From Octopus sinensis (taxonomy: Eukaryota): a stretch of DNA of 64,000 bases. The translations under genes and the position numbers were made by a program. The notes beneath the pieces were generated by a model. The model saw nothing but the letters and a program-made list of their open reading frames with translations. It was not told the DNA's origin and did not search any database. Position 1 is the first letter of the stretch, and the number at the start of each line of letters is the position of its first letter. Below are positions 25,196-36,734 of this stretch, piece after piece. The stretch covers positions 86,366,001 to 86,430,000 of the forward strand of contig NC_042998.1 of assembly GCF_006345805.1 (NCBI RefSeq). The letters run 5' to 3'.

Positions 25196-25720
25196 ACGTT
25201 GCTAGAAATAAGAGCTAAGATGCTGTAATGCAGTAATCAATACACATAAATGAAAACATGTGTGCTAATAGGGGTCTTAATCATCTGAAAAGTGCTGACC
25301 GAGAATTTCCTAAACTGACATCAGTTTCACAATTTCCATTTTCCTCCTTAATAGGGACTGGCTTGAACATTTGGCTCCTTTTGGCTAGCTTCCCGATTAG
25401 CATAAATGTTTGTGTTTGCCTATAGAAGAGGCAAGTGGAGATTGCTACAACTGATGTCAGTATAGGTAATACTTGTTAGGCACTTTTCAGATATTAAGGT
25501 CCCTGTTAGCATATATGTTTTCATTTATGTTCATTGACTACAGCATTAGAGCATTTTAGTTCTCATTTCTAGCAATGTAGGTGTTTTCTTATATCCTAGT
25601 CATACGTAGGTATCCATGTATATCATTGGTGATTTTCTTCCTCCAGCTTCCTTTCTACTGGAACATCCTCTGTTTCTGAAGAAGAGTATTGCTCGAAATA
25701 TTAAACCACTTTTCTTTCCT
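25196..25720 (+). mobile_element. Penelope-like inverted-repeat remnant with an adjacent hammerhead-like motif
   Basis: About 140-bp inverted repeats (25196-25337 and 25437-25577, roughly 80% identical by eye), followed by the CTGAAGA...GAAA motif at 25672-25706. Confidence 0.55.
25672..25706 (+). ncRNA. Minimal type I hammerhead ribozyme-like motif
   Basis: GUUU CUGAAGA A GAG-UAUUG-CUC GAAA UA UU AAAC. Stem I is GUUU/AAAC, stem II is GAG/CUC, and stem III is the palindrome AUAU. Confidence 0.55.
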
Positions 25721-25802
25721 TCCCTGAGCGTCTGCTAATACTTTACATGTACCACATCTTTGTGTAGTTGTTTTTTTTGTGTTTGTTTTTTTTGGGATTT
25801 AC

Positions 25803-25843
<41 letters not shown>

Positions 25844-25989
25844 CATCATCATCATCATCATCGTTTAACGTCCGCTTTCCATGCTAGCATGGGTTGGACG
25901 GTTCAACTGGGGTCTGGGGAGCCCGAAGGCTGCACCAGGCCAGTCAGATCTGGCAGTGTTTCTACAGCTGGATGCCCTTCCTAACGCCA

Positions 25990-25994
25990 GAATG

Positions 25995-26025
<31 letters not shown>

Positions 26026-26047
26026 GTATATATTATATTGAGGATAT

Positions 26048-26078
<31 letters not shown>

Positions 26079-26236
26079 GTATATATATGTATATATTATA
26101 TTGAGGATATATATGTATATATATATATATATATGTATATATATGTATATATGAGTGTGTGTGTGTGTGTATGTATATATGTATATATATATATATGTAT
26201 ATATATATATTTATACATATACATATATATCTATAC

Positions 26237-26278
<42 letters not shown>

Positions 26279-26335
26279 ATATATATATATCTGTATATAC
26301 ATATGTATATATATATATATCTGTATATACATATG

Positions 26336-26370
<35 letters not shown>

Positions 26371-26393
26371 ATATATATCTGTATATACATATG

Positions 26394-26424
<31 letters not shown>

Positions 26425-26633
26425 ATATATATATGTGTGTGTGCATGTGTGTATATATATATATGTGTGTGCATGTGTATATATATATGTGTGTGCATGT
26501 GTATATATATATATATATGTGTGCATGTGTATATATATATGTGTGTGCATGTGTATATATATATATATATATATGTGTGCATGTGTATATATATATATGT
26601 GTGTGCATGTGTATATATATATATATGTGTGCA

Positions 26634-26665
<32 letters not shown>

Positions 26666-26678
26666 CACACACATATAC

Positions 26679-26709
<31 letters not shown>

Positions 26710-26730
26710 TATACATATATATATATATTT
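25990..26730. repeat. Composite (TA)n/(TG)n microsatellite with higher-order GTGTGCATGTGTATATAT units
   Basis: Read directly. It is the source of the Y/I/C/V-rich spurious ORFs. Confidence 0.95.
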
Positions 26731-26744
26731 CTTTGTCTTGTAAT

Positions 26745-29620
26745 AGTATTCATCTAGGAGGGGTTAAGCCAGCACCAATGCTGCAGCATTTTGAAGTCAT
26801 TCCCAGCTCCACCGACAAACGTCAAAGACTCAATGACCAGAAAGAAGCTCCATATCTGCTTTGACTATTGTGAGCCATGTCTTCAGCAAACCACTTCTCC
26901 ACTTACCCCAACCCAGGGGTGGATCTGGTATTATTGGCCTCCAGACAAGCTCATTGTCAGAGTGCCACAATGTGTGACCAAACCATTGTAGTCTCATTGT
27001 CAAATGAGTTCCCTCAAGAGGTGAGAGACTGTAGTGAGCATAAAGTTTTCACTTCAAAGCATAGTGTGCAATTCAGTCTGAGAAGACAATGAATACAGAA
27101 GCAATTGAACCTCCAGCTTATGGAGATCAATAACACGCATTGGCCAGGTCTCAAAACCATAGAGGAGAACTGTTCGGACAAGTACCTGGTAAATACAGCA
27201 TTTCATTACAAGGCTCTCCTGATACAACTACATGCACTTATGGAGGAGGCAGAAAGTCAACTGTGTGCAACTGATTCAAATGTAGATCTCATCCTTCCCA
27301 TAGCCAGTGGCTGTCTGTAAAAGGTGATCTGATACATTTGAACTCCTCCACCTCATTCGCAGCCTCTCCATTAAGATGAATAGTGACCCTGAAGGAGGCA
27401 GGCATGTTGGTTGAGAGGATCTTTGTTTATGAGACATTGATCTTCATTCCAATTCTTGCAGCAGTGAGGTTTAACCCATCAAGTGCATGTTGGATGTTGC
27501 TATAGGACTCCCCAAGGATGGCAACATTGTCAGCATAGTCAAGAGAAATCACATCCTACCCTGGCACCAGAGAGACCATCTAGAGCTTGGTTGAGCATCC
27601 AATAGATGATGAAATTGAAAAGAGTGGACAATTGAACAAAACCCTGTGAACACCCATTTGAATGGTGAAGAACTCAAACTCCTCAACACCACACTCAATG
27701 GTTCCAACCATATGCCAACTTACGGCTCCACTTGAAAGCCCTTAGAAAGGTTATATCTTCCATCAAAGTGGATATGAACAGACTTCGGTGCCCTGAAGTG
27801 GCTACACATTTTCAGATTGAGATAAGAAATAGATTCAATGGTCTCTCTATCCATGACCCAGAGATGACGGTCACTGAGCACTGGGACATTTTCATATGAC
27901 ACCGCAAAAAATTGTTGTTGACAGACTTTGGCAGATATTATTTGCACCTCAATGGACGTCATTGATTGGTTGAAATTGCCAAAAATGAAGAAATTAAAGA
28001 GGAAATAGCTTACAAACTACAGAATTTTCTCAAGAAAGCCAAGAGAAAAAGATGTTTTATAAACACATTCTACCAGTATACGAAGTTTAAAAGTGTTTTC
28101 TTACAAAGAAATTATTTTAAAAATCTGCCGGTCAAAGCAAAAAGATCCCAAGTTTGGGATGTGGGAGTAGCAGTTTTTCATTCATTTTGGCAATTTCATG
28201 GCAATATGTTTCTGTAGTAATGTTGTTTCCAGGTTTTAAGAATTTATAGTTGATGAGTCCAGCAGTACACCATCAAACAGTCACCATAACCTTCTTTTTG
28301 AAGAGCTCGGATTTAAGGAAGTTTTTTGGTGCTTCATTTTGGTCCAACCACTGCGAAATATGTACCTTATTATAGTACAGAATCCACTTTCCATTGCAAG
28401 TTACAAGACGGTCGAAATTGGATTTGTCTGGTTACAAAGAAGTGATGAGCAAATTTCACATCTACGCATTTTCTGATTTTCATTCAAATCGTGTGGTATC
28501 CATTTGTGGAGCTTGTTTGATTTACAAATCGTATGCAAATGGTTGCAGGCAGTTTTCTCGCTAACTTGAAGTTCTTTTGCCAGTTCTCAAATGGTTTTAC
28601 ATGGATCTTTCTCAGTGACTGTCTTTAATTAACCATCATCAATGACATTATGCTCACAATCTTCAAGGCTGAGGTTTCCACTGTGAAATTGTTTAAACCA
28701 TTTACAAGCTGACCACTCACAGGTCATTTCCTCACCAAACATTTCGTTGATATCACAAGCAGTTTCAGCTGCTCAATGTCCTTTTTTGAAGTTGAATAGC
28801 AGAATTGCTCAAATATCATGCTTTGACAGTTCCATTTCAGATGATTGTAACAAAGGTGAAAAAATATCAATATTAATTTTTTGATGCATTTGGGCAAGTC
28901 TATGTCTGTATTATCAGACAGTTTCAAAAACAATGTTTTAAAAAAATTCAGAACTCTGTAAAAATTCAGTACAAATTCTTCATGATTCAAAACATTACTT
29001 ACTTTTTACTCAGCCTGATACTAAATCATAACCCACCAGCTTGACAGCTTCCCAAGAGCATGAAATTCTTGATTCCTATGCTTGTATGTCAGAAAACTGA
29101 GGAATAACAAAGTGGAAGGTGAAGATGGCCTACCAGCAGAGCTCTTTAAGAACTGTTCTGATACCATGGCATGATGGCTACACAGGATTATCAGCTGCAT
29201 CTGGGAATCCAAAGAAATTCCACAAGGTTGGAATGATGTGATCCTTTTGCCATTCTACAAGAAAAGTGGCAGATATGTTTGCAGCAACTAACATGGCATA
29301 AGCCTTATTTATGTCACATCAAAGATCTTCACAACTCTCTTTCTGAGAGACTTTCAGGAGGTACATGACAGAAGAACCCGGCCAAACCAATGTGGTTTGC
29401 AATGAAGAAGAGGATGCACTGATTAGATTTTCATCCTACGCTGAGTCCTGGAACAAGACTGGTGCTATCAACAGGCCACCATATTCTACATTGCTGGCTT
29501 TGCAGCAGCCTTTGATTAAATGAACTATACCAGCTTATAGGAAGTCATAAGGCGAGATGCTTTTCCAACCAAGCTCCTAAACCTTATTCATGTGTTTTAT
29601 GCCAACACAAGTACCAGAGT
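26745..29620. mobile_element. RTE-type LINE with inverted 5' part (minus about 26745-27715; plus about 27720-27960 and 29030-29620)
   Basis: Minus part: GVHQG..LSPLFN, DYADNVAIL, MKIN..KTK. Plus part: LRLHLKA...FQIEIRNRF, GEDGLPAELFK, W...ILLP.YKK, HGISL, AAAFD...FYANTSTRV. Confidence 0.7.
27960..29018 (-). mobile_element. Degenerate mariner transposon inserted in the RTE element
   Basis: One TIR-like end TCAGGCTGAGTAAAAAGTAAGTAATG next to TA at 29019-20. Remnants AAETACDINEMFGE, LVTC.GKWILY, KKVMVTV.W. The other end is truncated. Confidence 0.75.
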
Positions 29621-29872
29621 GTGGTGCTACATACATACATACATACATGCATACATACATATATACATATATACATACATATATGAGATGCAAGTTATCT
29701 TGCTTGTCTATGGATTCCAGGTGTTTTAACACACACCAGGCCAAGTGATAAGAATATTTTCTCTCATGCCTTTAATCACAGCCTTCCCACAAGCTGGCAA
29801 AACACATACCTTGCATGTGTTCAATATTGTTTATATCCCTCAGGCTGCTCTTCATTGAAATCTCTCTCTCTC

Positions 29873-29919
<47 letters not shown>

Positions 29920-30289
29920 GTGACAATTATTTGGTAGCCAAGATAAAACTCCGAGTTTCGGATACCGGAGCGGAAACCCACGCTGGCATCTCTTCTGTTA
30001 TAGGGCCATAAAAAACAATGCTATGAAAATGACCATTAAAACAAAGGGAAATTATTGTGTGATTGGCCATGATTAAGACAAAAGAGCTATTAGAATGACC
30101 ACTAAGTAAGGGGAGGGAGTAAAGGTAAGGGAGTAAAATTGTTCATAGTAATCGCATAAGCACACATGTCCATACATACACATGCACACCCACACACCCA
30201 TGTACATGCGCCTATATGTATATACTCATCCACCTTCACTTGAAACACACACATGCTCACCCACACATTCGCCAAAAAATATATACATA

Positions 30290-30710
30290 ACCGCATACAC
30301 ACTCGCACACACACACACACACATGTGCACAAAAACGGTTTATACACACATCTATATGCACACATGCACAAGAAAAAACAGGACTAAAGGCAAAATACAG
30401 AAAAAATGTGAAAAAAGTGTAAAAAATAAGCAATAAGAGTAAGACACCTCTATATACACACATACTTGCAGGCACACACACGTCTAATATATGCACATAC
30501 CCGCACACGTCTACATACACACAAGTGCACAAAAAAAGTTCATACACATTTCTATATATGCACATGCACAAGAAAAAACAGGGCCAAAGGCAAAATACAG
30601 AAAAATATGTTGGAAAAGTGTAAAAAATAGGCAATAAGAGTAAAACATGTCTATATACGCACATACTTGCATGCACACACACAGATACGTCTGTATACAC
30701 ACATACTTAC
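30290..30710. repeat. 200-bp tandem duplication directly after the donor of the 516-nt exon
   Basis: ACAAGAAAAAACAGG at 30368 and 30568 (period 200). Confidence 0.8.
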
Positions 30711-31226
30711 CTCTGGTATAGTGATTGTATCATTTGGCTTTTCAAATTTTGGATTGTTGTTGTTAATGTCAGTAATATTAATACAAATAGATGTAGTTGA
30801 ACTTAATGGTGGATTTCCTTCATCTTTTGCAGTAACATTGAAACACTTGACTCCTATTTTATTTGTTAAATCTGAAGCAATACTCAGAACACCTGTACCT
30901 GGATCCATTTTAAATAACACAGATTCCTTTCCTTGTAGTGAGTACTGAACTTTACCATTTTCTCCAATATCTTCATCAGTGGTTGCAACAGTCAAGATAG
31001 TTCCTGTTGATATGCTTTCTTGTACATTTTTAGAATATTCATCAGACTTAAATACTGGAGGATTGTCATTAACATCAGTTACATTGATTAAGATTGTAGT
31101 TGTATTTTCTTTCCATCCAGGTTTTTGAAAATTATTTTTATAGTCATAGTTATCTAGAGCAGTAATAATAACAGTGTACTTATCCACAGCCTCTCTGTCA
31201 AGTTCTGAAATTAACACTATTTCTCC
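30711..31226 (-). CDS. Cadherin gene (minus strand), 516-nt exon
   Basis: Acceptor TTTCAG, donor GTAAGT, phase 0/0. Encodes GEIVLISELDREAVDKY...VTDVNDNPPVF...TDEDIGENG...SDLTNKIG...ITDINNNNPKF...TITIPE. Confidence 0.95.
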
Positions 31227-31739
31227 CTGAAATAGAAACAAAATGATATTAATTAAGGAAATTTTGTATTCACTGAAAATTTCAAAACTACAGTTTATTT
31301 TGAAAAGAATTAGTAATGAAAATAAAAAGGCATTGGAGGGGGTGATGCATACCCTGCACGCAGATGAATTTTTTCAAAAATCATTTTTGCAAGAACAGTA
31401 AAATATTGGTTGGCAAAAAAATTTGAAAGTTATTTTAGAGTGGATTGGAATTAAAATTTTTTAAAAATTACATAAAATGAAGATTCTTCTCCAATTTTTC
31501 ACTGAATTATCAGCATGTCCAAAAAAAAAAAAATTCTATTTCAATAGTTTTACAGTGAAATGCTAAAATATGAGTTGAAAAATAAAATCAAAGGTTGTTT
31601 CGTAAAGTTCAACATACCATATGAGTAAAATTTGCTTATCTAAATAAATGATTATTCAAATAATAATAATGATTATGAAAAAGAAAGTGAACAAAACGAA
31701 ATACTTATAGAAAATATCGTCAAACTCCAGTGTTTGACC

Positions 31740-32578
31740 TGAGCAAAAAAAAAAAATAGTGCAATAGGTGTAAAACAACATATAAGTAAACAAAAATGAA
31801 CAAAAAATGAACGCTGGCAAATGAGAGTTGGGGGAGACGACTCAGAAAATTCACACAATCAATTTCACTGGATCCAAAAACTCACTGTTAACACCTGGTC
31901 ACAAAAATTAAGAAAAAATACAGTAATAGGTGTGTAACAACATGTAGTAAATGAACATGAAAAAATAAAGCGTGCTGGCGAACGGGAGGTGGGGGAGACA
32001 ACTTAGAAAATTCACATTGGGAATGTTCCGAGTCCTCTCAACACTTCCCCATTTGTCAACAAAATTTGTTTCCTTCATATTCATTTACTACACACTATTT
32101 TACACCTAGTACACTAGTTTTTATTTTTTATTTTTATGACCAGGTATTAACGTTGAGTTTTCGGATCCTGTGAGATTGATCGTGTGAAGTTTCTGAGTCC
32201 TCCTCCTGCTCTCCTTTTGCCAGCACACATTTTTTTTTCATATTCCTTTACTACATGTTGTTTTACACCTATTACACTATTTTTTCATTTTTGTGACTGG
32301 ATTGTGTGAGTTATCCGAGTCTGCACCCTACCCCCACCCCCGTCACAAAAATTGAAAAACCAAATAGTGTACTAGGTGTAAAATAATGTGTAGTAAATGA
32401 ATATGAAGAAAAAAATTTTGCTGACAAATGGGGAAGTGGTGAGAGGACTTAGAACACTCCAAATGTGAACTTTCCGAGTCCTCTCCCTTGCCCCCCCTTC
32501 TCCAGGGCACATTTTTTTTTCATATGTATTTACTACATGTTTTACACCTATTGCACTATTTATTTTTTATTTTGCTCC
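31740..32578. mobile_element. Foldback/MULE-like non-autonomous element made of about 110-bp modules in alternating orientation
   Basis: About 115-bp imperfect TIRs (GAGCAAAA..AATAGTGCAATAGGTGTAAAACA...GACTC.GAAA.TTCAC). Flanking direct repeat AGTGTTTGACC at 31729-39 and 32579-89, extendable to 15 bp. Confidence 0.75.
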
Positions 32579-33040
32579 AGTGTTTGACCAAAGAGATTGC
32601 ACAGAATTTGAGAAGTGTTTTGAATGTTTTGCAATGATGGCAGGTGAATCAAATGAACTGTAGTTTATTGAGGGATATGAATAATATGGCCACTTGCTTA
32701 TCAGGAAATCTGAAAGTTTAATTTAACAAACATTTTTTTTGTCTTTTAAGTATCACCATTATAGGTATTTTATAACTGGTGAAATTAAGAAATCAACTTG
32801 TAAGTAGTCGAAACTCTCAAATCCATCACTGCGCACATGCATGCACGCACACACATACACACAAACACACACACAAATTTGCATATCTATGTATTTATTT
32901 ATGAATCTTTGGAGACAATCAAACCAAATTTTCATCATTTTGAGCCACTCAACCAATGATTATTTCTGCCAAATTTTATGAAGTGTTTTGAAAAGGGAAA
33001 AGAATTAACAACTTAATACAAGAAGATATTTAACACTTAC

Positions 33041-33354
33041 AGTTATTTTGTCAATTTTAAAAGGAGAATTTCCACCAGAAACTGTCAGAGTATAACTAAC
33101 ATTCGCATGTATTCCTATATCTTTATCAGTAGTTGTTATTGTAGTAATTATGGTATTTACAGAAGTGTTTTCTGGTACAGGTAATATAGAGTCAAGGTTC
33201 TGAAATTCTGGGGCATTATCATTAAAATCTTCAACAACAACAAAAACTGTTGCTGTGGATGATAATGTTGGTAACAAGGAATCACTGGCCACAACATTAA
33301 ATGTGATGTTTGGATTTTCTTCACGATCCAGCTCTGCTTTTAATGAAATTTCAC
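33041..33354 (-). CDS. Cadherin gene (minus strand), exon
   Basis: Acceptor TTTCAG, donor GTAAGT, phase 1 in and 0 out. Encodes GEISLKAELDREENP...VEDFNDNAPEF...VPENTSVN...TDKDIG...FKIDKIT. Confidence 0.93.
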
Positions 33355-34476
33355 CTGAAAATTGAAAAAATTTACAATAGACAAAAATGCCATTTTATAG
33401 ACAAAAATAAAATACTTTAATTTTCTGAGTACTTAATTACAAATGTTAACCAAGCCAACAGTCATACTGAATAGAAGTACTTATTTCTTCATATGATTCC
33501 TTGAAGAATTAAGTAACTCTAAATAATAGTTCAATTTGTTAAATATAAAAGTCAAATCTCCTTCAAATCATAACCTGTAGTCTTGAAAAACTGGACATGT
33601 TATATAATGCATACCAATGCTCAGGAGAAAGAGAAGATGGTCATTGCTGGAATACCTTTAATCATTGGTCTGCTCAATTTAAAGATGATCTGAAGTTAAA
33701 CAACACCAATTGCCCCCTCCTAGTAAATTCTTCAGCTATCTTCAGCCTGGAAATATATGTTCTTGAGCAGGACAAACCAAAGCAGACAGTTGCTACACTG
33801 GCTTTTCATCGATCAGTAGGATAAACCACAACAGACATTTCATTATGTAACCAAGCAGAATGTTTACTTCCTTCTTTCATTTAGCTATTGGAAATAAATA
33901 CCAGATCATCTAATAATTGAAATTTCTATTTTATTTGCTTGGACAGAGAATTTGTTGGCGCAGAGAATTTTACACTTGGAAAACCCCCATAAGACTGGTG
34001 AGATTGATGCCATGAATGATCCATTGAAGGCCAGCATTACAGGAAAGACAAAAAACAAGGAGAAGAGTCCAAAGAGTGGAGAAAAGGGTAGCAGAGACAG
34101 CATGGCTGAGAACCAAAGGCTGGAAAGGGTCCATTAGTGATGGAGTGTCAATCAGCTAAATGATCTTTCTCTGGATGCAATCCAGCATATCAGTATGCAT
34201 AGCAGTATCACTGTCCAATGTGAGAGCAATATCCCATGGTGGACCTCATTTGCACCTTGTAGATGGTTGACTTGTATCATATTATCAACTGTTTCAAGCA
34301 TCACTACTCAAAAGTCCATTTAAGGCATACAGACATTTACAATTACCCAGTAAAACAATATCAACAGTAACAGCAATTGAAATTTCATAAAGTAAAACAT
34401 ACTAAAAATCGCTTTTAATTGCTTTGAAACTAGAAAAACAGTAATTAAAAGAAATTAAAAGAAAATATATATGTAC

Positions 34477-34677
34477 CAGTTTTATTGTTAATGCCAAACT
34501 TGTTAGAACTGTCAAGAACTTCATATGTTACAAAGTCATTTTTGTCATCATCAGTGGCTGTAAGTGTTGCAATAATGCTTCCGACAGGATAGTTTTCAAC
34601 CAAATTTAGTAATGTAAAATTTTCTCTAAAAACTGGGTAACAATCATTTATATCCTTGACTGTAATTGTCAAAAATC
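34477..34677 (-). CDS. Cadherin gene (minus strand), 5'-most exon visible in the window
   Basis: Acceptor TTTCCTCAG, donor GTACAT, phase 1 at both ends. Encodes GFLTITVKDINDCYPVF...LVENYPVGS...ATDDDKND...NNKT(G), with the DxNDxxPxF, xEx and DxD cadherin motifs. Confidence 0.88.
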
Positions 34678-35659
34678 CTGAGGAAAGAAAAAGAGAGTAC
34701 TTTGCGATTAATTTAGAAATTATCATTTTCTCCAATAGTTCATTGAATAATTAATTCAGTAAAGGATTTAAAGTTTATCAAATATTCCTACTATATTTTA
34801 TGCTCTATTTTATAACTGTAAATATGAAAGAGAAAAGATTATTGAACAAATGTTGAATTTTTTTTTTATGTGTCAGTTACGAGAAAAGACAATTTTATGA
34901 ATGTAAGATTATCGTTTTGGAATTGTTAGTTGATTTGATGATGCTATTTACTTCAATGATGCAAATATATCCCTAGCTTGAGTATTGTATGCTCATTTTA
35001 ACAAGAACTGCATAAAAGTTTCATTACTATGAGCTTAAAAATGAAAAGACAAGTGTTGAAATTATAAGCTTATTTTTTAAATTTAAAATAGGTGTTGCAG
35101 AAACATTTTTTATTTGATTAAGGAGAAAGGGACAGTGGGACAGTAAAAGATAATTTGCAGTAGATGAGAATGAGCTAATTTTTGCAATAAATTATAGAGT
35201 AACTATAAACTTCTGTAACATACCCTAAAAAGTTGAGTTTGCCATTGAACTTAGATAATATTCATAGGAATCTCCATTAATTGGTTTACAAATTCTATAT
35301 TACAAGTCAAAATTTAATGTTATTTTGTCATTACACTTTTGCATATTTATTCTAAACGATGATGATGATGATGATGATTCTGGTGTTTACTATTTATTTA
35401 TTTGCACTTTTATATGCTGTATTTACCAAAACCTTTTGATTTTTTTTTATTTCTTTTCCATAAGAAAATGTTTTGTGATGTGATACTAAATATTTAATGA
35501 CCAAGGCACCACCTATTCAGATAGCAGAAATTAAGCAAATGTGTTCTCTTGCACTAGGTTAGAGGTAATAAGTCAAGCAAGCAACTGGACAAAATGGCTA
35601 AAGAAAGATGATGATGACGACGACGACGAGAAGAAGAAGCAGCAGCAGCAGCACAGAAA

Positions 35660-36683
35660 AAGCTAAGTGCATGAAAACCCGTGCTAAAACTGCTGCCTTA
35701 GATATTCTGAATGATAAATGGCAAGAAAAACCTCTCAATGGCAAATACCCAAAGAGAGCAAATAATGCAGATATTGACAAAGCTCTGACCCATCAATGGC
35801 TAATGGCCTCTGTCTTAAAATCTGAAACAGAAGGGTTTATCATAGCAGCTCAAAATCAATGCCTACCTACAAGGAACTACCAAGCCAACATATTAAAGAA
35901 CGGCAGTAGCCCAACATGTCGTGTATGTCAACAACAAAATGAAACCATTGATCATGTTGTCTCCAAGTGCAGTCTTCTTGCACCTACAGAGTATCTCAAC
36001 AAGCATGATAGAGCTGCACAATATATTCACTGGGTAATTTGCAAAAGCCTGGACTTGCCCCATGATAAAAACTGGTGGGAACACAAACCACCTCCAGTGC
36101 TTGAAAATGACCACATCTCACTCCTCTGGAACTTCACCATTCAAACTGACAGAAAGATAGATGCGAATAGGTCAGACATCATAGTAAAAGACTTCAGACA
36201 TAGTAAAAGACTTCATTGATATGACTGTCCCAATCAATATAAACATATCTGTCAAGACCTACCAGAAACTGAGCAAATATAAAGATCTGGAAATAGAAAT
36301 CAGCAAAATGTGGAACCTGAAGACTAAAACAATACCTGTTGTCATAGGTGCCCTGGGAATGATAGCAAAAGGGGCTGATTGCTCCCTAACTCAGATAACA
36401 GGAAACCCAAAAATGGCAGAATTTCAAAAGATAGTGCTCATGGGAACTGCTTATATCCTACGCAAAATACCTTCTATGTAATCTCAAGTTTTAAAACAAA
36501 CATAATTTTTGTATGGTTTTTTAGACATTCACTAGTACAACACTAAGTACAAAACCAAATATATGGTATCCTAGGCATAACACCAACACGAACTTCCAAC
36601 TAGTCTCTTGAGGTCTCTGGGTGAGACTTGGAGCCAGCTTGTGCAAATGTAAAACAAAAGTCAAACATAGAATAATAATAATA

Positions 36684-36729
<46 letters not shown>

Positions 36730-36730
36730 T
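35660..36730 (+). mobile_element. R4/Dong-like LINE 3' part (CCHC knuckle + RLE) ending in (AAT)n
   Basis: ETEGFIIAAQNQ.L.T.NY, CRVC...ETIDHVVSKC, HD, DIIV, DMTVP...KLSKY, PVVIGALG. One frameshift. Confidence 0.9.
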
Positions 36731-36734
36731 ACCA

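Noticed and set aside
25881-26864. Long ORFs of 160-327 aa rich in Y/I/C/V/H/T (also 216-591 and 58166-59215)
   Set aside because: These are translations of TA/CA microsatellites, open in several frames and on both strands.
30455-30675. Alternative GC-type donors (GCAAGT) in the 200-bp duplication behind the 516-nt exon
   Set aside because: They lack the exonic AG context GC donors usually need, and the canonical GTAAGT donor already gives the right phase.
8012-34677. Member of the expanded octopus protocadherin clusters
   Set aside because: The ectodomain is split over many small exons and has at least six repeats plus further upstream sequence, ending in an atypical last repeat. This does not match the protocadherin layout.
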